Assembly: GCA_963726845.1 (NCBI GenBank)
Contig: CAVSGB010000234.1
Span: forward strand, 1-44,842
Length of the DNA stretch: 44,842 nucleotides
Source of the DNA: an uncultured Bacteroidota bacterium
GTDB lineage: Bacteria; Bacteroidota; Bacteroidia; Bacteroidales; DTGW01
Direction: 5' to 3'
Positions 41,144 to 44,842 of this stretch are shown here, one piece after another. The translations under genes were made by a program, and so were the position numbers. How positions within the stretch are numbered: the stretch's first letter is position 1; each line of letters starts with the position of its first letter. Below the pieces are notes generated by a model. That model was not told the DNA's origin and made no database searches. It was given only the letters and a program-made list of their open reading frames with translations.

Positions 41144-42439
41144 TTACCTGATGATAATAATGTCTTTGCCAATGCTAAAATTTAAATTTTCAAATGCATT
41201 AATGCGGTTGTATAAAAGGTTATTTAACTGCACGGCATTTTCTTTGTAAGCGTCGTAATAATCGAGAAATTCAATAAGGCTAATGTTTTTCTTTTCAAAG
41301 TTCTTAAGCATTTCTTCGTTCAAAGTATCCAGATCGGCTACAAATTTTTTATCGAACTTGTTATACAGGCGGTTTATTTCAATGGCATTTGCATAAGCGC
41401 TAACAACGTCAGACTTTAACTGGTCTTCAGCGCCCTGTAACTTATATTTGCTGCTTTCCACATTAAACTTTGCAGACTTAATATTGCCCTGGTTCCGGTT
41501 AAAAATTGGAATATCAAATTGCAGCCCTAATGAATTAAAGTTATGAACATACGTACCATTTTTGTCCCAACCGCCGGAGAGTGTTATGTCGGGGACTGCC
41601 ATTGCTTTCTGATAGGCAAGGTTCACCTGGCTTAAACTTAAATCGGTTTGGGCCATTTTTAAATCATAGCGGTTATTATAAGCTGTGTCAATAAGGGTTT
41701 GCAATTTGAGCCCCTCAGGAGAAGCTTTGTCAAACGCACTTGTATCCGGCTGAGGATTATAAAAGATATTAGAAGAATGCATTAAAATATTAAAATCGGC
41801 CTGGCTGCTAATTAATTGCGAGGAATATCCAATCTTTTCATTTTCTAAAGTAAAAAGGTTTGACTTCAACCTGAGTAATTCCTTTTTAGAAATATATCCT
41901 TTCTCAAACTGGCCTTGAAAAACACCGATAAGCTTGTTAGTCGAAGTAATTTCTTTGTCATAAACATTTAATATCTGTTTAAGGTAATAAATATTGTAAA
42001 AGCCGCTCCGGAGTGAAAATTTAAGCGTGCGTAGCAAGTCAAAATAATTTTGTTCTTCTTTGTTGGCAGTCAATTCAGCAAGTTTAATTTGTTTATTCCG
42101 CTTTCCTGCAAGAAGAAAAAGTTTTTGCAATTGTATATTTGCTTCCCCTTTATCAGAAAAATCGAACCACTTTTGAGTGCTACCAGTTGATTTTGGATCA
42201 GGATTATATACGTTTTGGCTGGCTGTAATAGTAATATTATTGAAAAACCTTGCCTGTATTATTTGTGCATTTGCAGCACCGATATTGCATTTCTCGGCCA
42301 GCAACGAAAGGTTTTGTGATATAAAAATACTATCAGCCTGATGAAGTGTAATTCTTAATGAGTCTTTAAAGGCTTCCTGCCCGTAAAGATTTATTGTGAG
42401 TAAAGAGAGGATTAAGAAAAACTGTTTTTTTAAAAGCAT
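41144..42439 (-). CDS. TolC-family outer-membrane efflux protein (OMF/OEP), first gene of the TolC-MFP-RND operon.
   Basis: Signal peptide. Two internally repeated alpha-helical/beta-barrel halves. 431 aa. It is 12 bp upstream of MFP-2. Confidence 0.8.
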   Translation of the reverse strand: MLLKKQFFLILSLLTINLYGQEAFKDSLRITLHQADSIFISQNLSLLAEKCNIGAANAQIIQARFFNNITITASQNVYNPDPKSTGSTQKWFDFSDKGEANIQLQKLFLLAGKRNKQIKLAELTANKEEQNYFDLLRTLKFSLRSGFYNIYYLKQILNVYDKEITSTNKLIGVFQGQFEKGYISKKELLRLKSNLFTLENEKIGYSSQLISSQADFNILMHSSNIFYNPQPDTSAFDKASPEGLKLQTLIDTAYNNRYDLKMAQTDLSLSQVNLAYQKAMAVPDITLSGGWDKNGTYVHNFNSLGLQFDIPIFNRNQGNIKSAKFNVESSKYKLQGAEDQLKSDVVSAYANAIEINRLYNKFDKKFVADLDTLNEEMLKNFEKKNISLIEFLDYYDAYKENAVQLNNLLYNRINAFENLNFSIGKDIIIIR

Positions 42440-42444
42440 ATTAA

Positions 42445-42477
42445 TTGATTTGAATTATTTTGATTTGAAATGAATCA
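42445..42477. promoter_or_regulatory. Direct repeat ttgatttgaa (x2) overlapping the dyad TGATTtgaaatgAATCA, 6-40 bp upstream of the TolC start. Candidate operator or promoter element of the efflux operon.
   Basis: Read directly at 42445-42454, 42460-42469 and 42461-42477. Confidence 0.3.
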
Positions 42478-42758
42478 AATGAAAGTTAAAAAATATTCTT
42501 ATCATCTCTAAATATTACCTCAATGAATTTAAAAACTTAAGGTTTGATTCAATAAACATGTAAAAGTAACTAAAGGCTAATTTTGCATGAAGAAATTTAG
42601 CAATAGTTAAGAGTAATTAACCTTTATTAAGAAGCACGATATAAATAATGATTTATGCTTTTTTTAAGTTTTTTTATGAACAGGTTGTCATTTTTTATTA
42701 TTGATATCCAATCCATTAAACTGCAATTTCAAAAAACTGATGGGGTTTTAACATTAAC

Positions 42759-43670
42759 TTAAAAGTATAATGGATAAAAGCATATTCCATTTTTGCTAAA
42801 TTCAAATGCAGGTGCAGGAATTTTTATCATATTGATTGAATGTAGCACAATATTTATAAATTGAGATTTAGTTTTAATTTTGGTTAAGTCCAAATCTAAA
42901 GAAACAAAACATTTCCTGTATCTTTGAAATGAAGGGATAGCTTTACCATTAACTACAGCAGGATTGTCCGCACCTCCTGTCATTCCTTCAGCCCCATAGC
43001 CAATGTCAAAATTTAACCATTTTGGGAACTTAGAACCTTTGTTTAAAAAGGAATAAATATTCGCGGAAATCCAATATGTTTGGCCATTATAATCCTTCAA
43101 CATATTTTCAGCCAGGTTACTGCCCAATTCTTCCGGCCTGTATTGTTCATATTGAGTTTGGTGAAATGACCATTTAATTCTTATCCGCTGTTCATTCCAG
43201 GCTAATTTTTCTGCAATTACGATGGAGGATCCAAGAGTATTGGCTGCAAAATCTGTGATAGAAAATCCCCATTGTTTTGAAAGCCCGTCTAATATTTCAA
43301 TATTTAACAGATATAACGAACCCAACAATCCTCCATACCAAACGGCATTTTTATTGTCTGCGCCTGACCAGTTGAGCAATTCAATTCCTGCTTCTCCAAT
43401 ATTATATGAAGTAAATGCATGGCCAAATTTATCCATCTGGCACCATTCGTGCATGTCGTTATAAAAATGAAACGAAAACCTTGGATAATTTTTATACCAT
43501 TCAGTATTTAAGAGTACGAGGGAAGATATATAAGTAGAACCTTCCACAATTAGAACCGGGTATAACCGTTCCTTTTTGATTTTGAATCTGGAAGTTTGAA
43601 TACTATCAATTTGAGAAAATATTGATAACTGAATAAAAAGAAAAATAACAAAAACAGCAGCTTTTAACAT
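42759..43670 (-). CDS. DUF2279-like periplasmic lipoprotein (probable start at the internal Met MLKAAVFVIFLF..., not the ORF-track start 43823).
   Basis: The internal Met is followed by a signal-like segment. The NYPRFSFHFYNDMHEWCQMDKFGHAFTSY block resembles the conserved core of DUF2279. The 43823 start would overlap the upstream gene by 125 bp. Confidence 0.45.
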   Translation of the reverse strand: MLKAAVFVIFLFIQLSIFSQIDSIQTSRFKIKKERLYPVLIVEGSTYISSLVLLNTEWYKNYPRFSFHFYNDMHEWCQMDKFGHAFTSYNIGEAGIELLNWSGADNKNAVWYGGLLGSLYLLNIEILDGLSKQWGFSITDFAANTLGSSIVIAEKLAWNEQRIRIKWSFHQTQYEQYRPEELGSNLAENMLKDYNGQTYWISANIYSFLNKGSKFPKWLNFDIGYGAEGMTGGADNPAVVNGKAIPSFQRYRKCFVSLDLDLTKIKTKSQFINIVLHSINMIKIPAPAFEFSKNGICFYPLYF

Positions 43671-43698
43671 TTTTAAAAAAAACTTCTGAGAAATTAAT

Positions 43699-44778
43699 TT
43701 ACCATTTAATATTCTTTTCAATAAATTCAATAAGTTCGTCAGCCATTGCTTTTTGTTCTGCAACTTTCGGATGGCCATCGGTATTTTTAAATTTGAAAAA
43801 ACAGGTGTAAACTTTTGTGTCATTCAATTGCCCGACAGCCTGCCGGATATAACCCGGCCAGGGCGATCCATCCATAGTTGCATCCATGTTGCCAAGCGAA
43901 CAAATTATACTGGCATTAGGATATTTATTTCGAATTGTGGCCACAAAGTTTTTATACGATGAAATAATAAAACTTTCATTTGGTGCTTTTGTGCCAAACC
44001 TGAATTTGAATTGTTCGTGTTCAGGTTTCTTTACAAGCCAGGAATCGTTTTGAAACAGGTCAATAACTATTATTTCGGGTGTATATTTATTAAAATCCCA
44101 TTTGGAAGTTGAATCTGTCGGATCCAAACGATCGTACATTTCAGGCATAAGCAGCGGAAACCAACTGATTATAATTCCAATGCCACTTTTTGAAATACAG
44201 TAATATTGTGCATCAAAATGTCTGGCTGTAATGGCAGAGTAAGATAAATAATTGTTTTCAAAACAACCAAACCAGGAATCATTGCCACTGTTATCTTCCA
44301 TGGCATATCCACAGGTTATGGAATTCCCGTAAAATTCAATCTTTCTTTTTTTAGCGGCTGGTAATGGCAGCAATTTAGTACTCTTGGGTGTCTCAAAACC
44401 ATAAAACCATGTCTTGCCTTTATCCCATTCGGTACGTTTGAATAACTCAACTTTGTGTGCCCCTTCAGGCAAACCTGAAGCTAAAATATAACTTCGCTTT
44501 ACAGTATCGGTGTGAATTTTAAAAATATTTTTATCGTCAACAATTACATTATAATAATTTGCTGTATCAAGGTCTTTTAATACAGCGGAGATTTCTTTTC
44601 CTTCAAAAAAAACACTCACCAATGTACCGGGCTAGGCAGCTCTGCAGCTTGTTGTTTATAATTTATCCGGCCTTCGTAATAAATATCTGGATTGTCAAAG
44701 GAGATAATTTTATTTTGTGCATTGCTAACCCCGAAAGAAGCAATCAATAAAATTATTAAGGAATATTTATTTGACATA
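43699..44778 (-). CDS. SGNH/GDSL-hydrolase carbohydrate esterase (CE2-like: N-terminal beta-sandwich plus SGNH domain), secreted. One frameshift near 44620.
   Basis: Signal peptide MSNKYSLIILLIASFGVSNAQ in a different frame upstream (44623-44778). Block I FYGNSITCGY (Ser nucleophile). Block V DGHP near the C-terminus. Confidence 0.7.
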
Positions 44779-44842
44779 AAGTTTTAATTATCAATTAGTA
44801 AAAAAGATTTTCTGTTTTAATTAACAAATTTCCTGTCCTCTT

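Noticed and set aside
42759-43823. Long form of ORF 42759-43823 (354 aa)
   Set aside because: The first 51 codons overlap the upstream esterase gene by 125 bp and lack signal-peptide character. The internal Met at 43670 followed by a signal-like segment is the more plausible start.
1-44842. Integrated mobile element, prophage or defence island
   Set aside because: No integrase, transposase, phage structural, restriction-modification, toxin-antitoxin or nuclease/helicase defence genes are recognisable. Composition is uniformly AT-rich apart from short islands.

Overview
AT-rich, Bacteroidota-like chromosomal window (three T9SS C-terminal sorting domains; the Bacteroidota-type FtsX-family ABC permease). 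It is densely coding and has no rRNA, tRNA, CRISPR array, integrase or transposase. Gene content, 5' to 3': (1) a ~1.6-kb-armed imperfect palindrome whose arms are head-to-head copies of the 3' half of a transketolase gene plus its downstream flank, so neither copy is full-length; (2) a polysaccharide-related block: T9SS cargo of unknown function, a DUF2264-like protein, a cupin, and a CE15 glucuronoyl esterase continued by Big_2-Big_2-malectin-PKD-T9SS-CTD; (3) an intramembrane-sensing histidine kinase and a sigma54/NtrC-type response regulator, transcribed divergently from an ABC ATPase plus a MacB/FtsX-type permease (Bce-like layout); (4) a GH95 alpha-L-fucosidase; (5) a flotillin/SPFH protein whose N-terminus carries ~4 tandem ~95-aa repeats; (6) a second T9SS cargo protein; (7) a ~16.5-kb minus-strand envelope-defense island: TolC - MFP - CusA/CzcA-type RND - polyprenyl-synthase-like protein - POTRA-less Omp85-like barrel - small OM barrel - MprF - AcvB/VirJ-like hydrolase - second MFP-RND pair; (8) a DUF2279-like lipoprotein and a CE2-like SGNH esterase. 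At least 11 genes are split by frameshifts, several at homopolymers. That pattern points to indel-prone sequence (e.g. unpolished long reads) rather than biology, so several adjacent ORF pairs are merged below. Several GC-rich, structured non-coding islands and small repeat motifs sit in the long intergenic regions.
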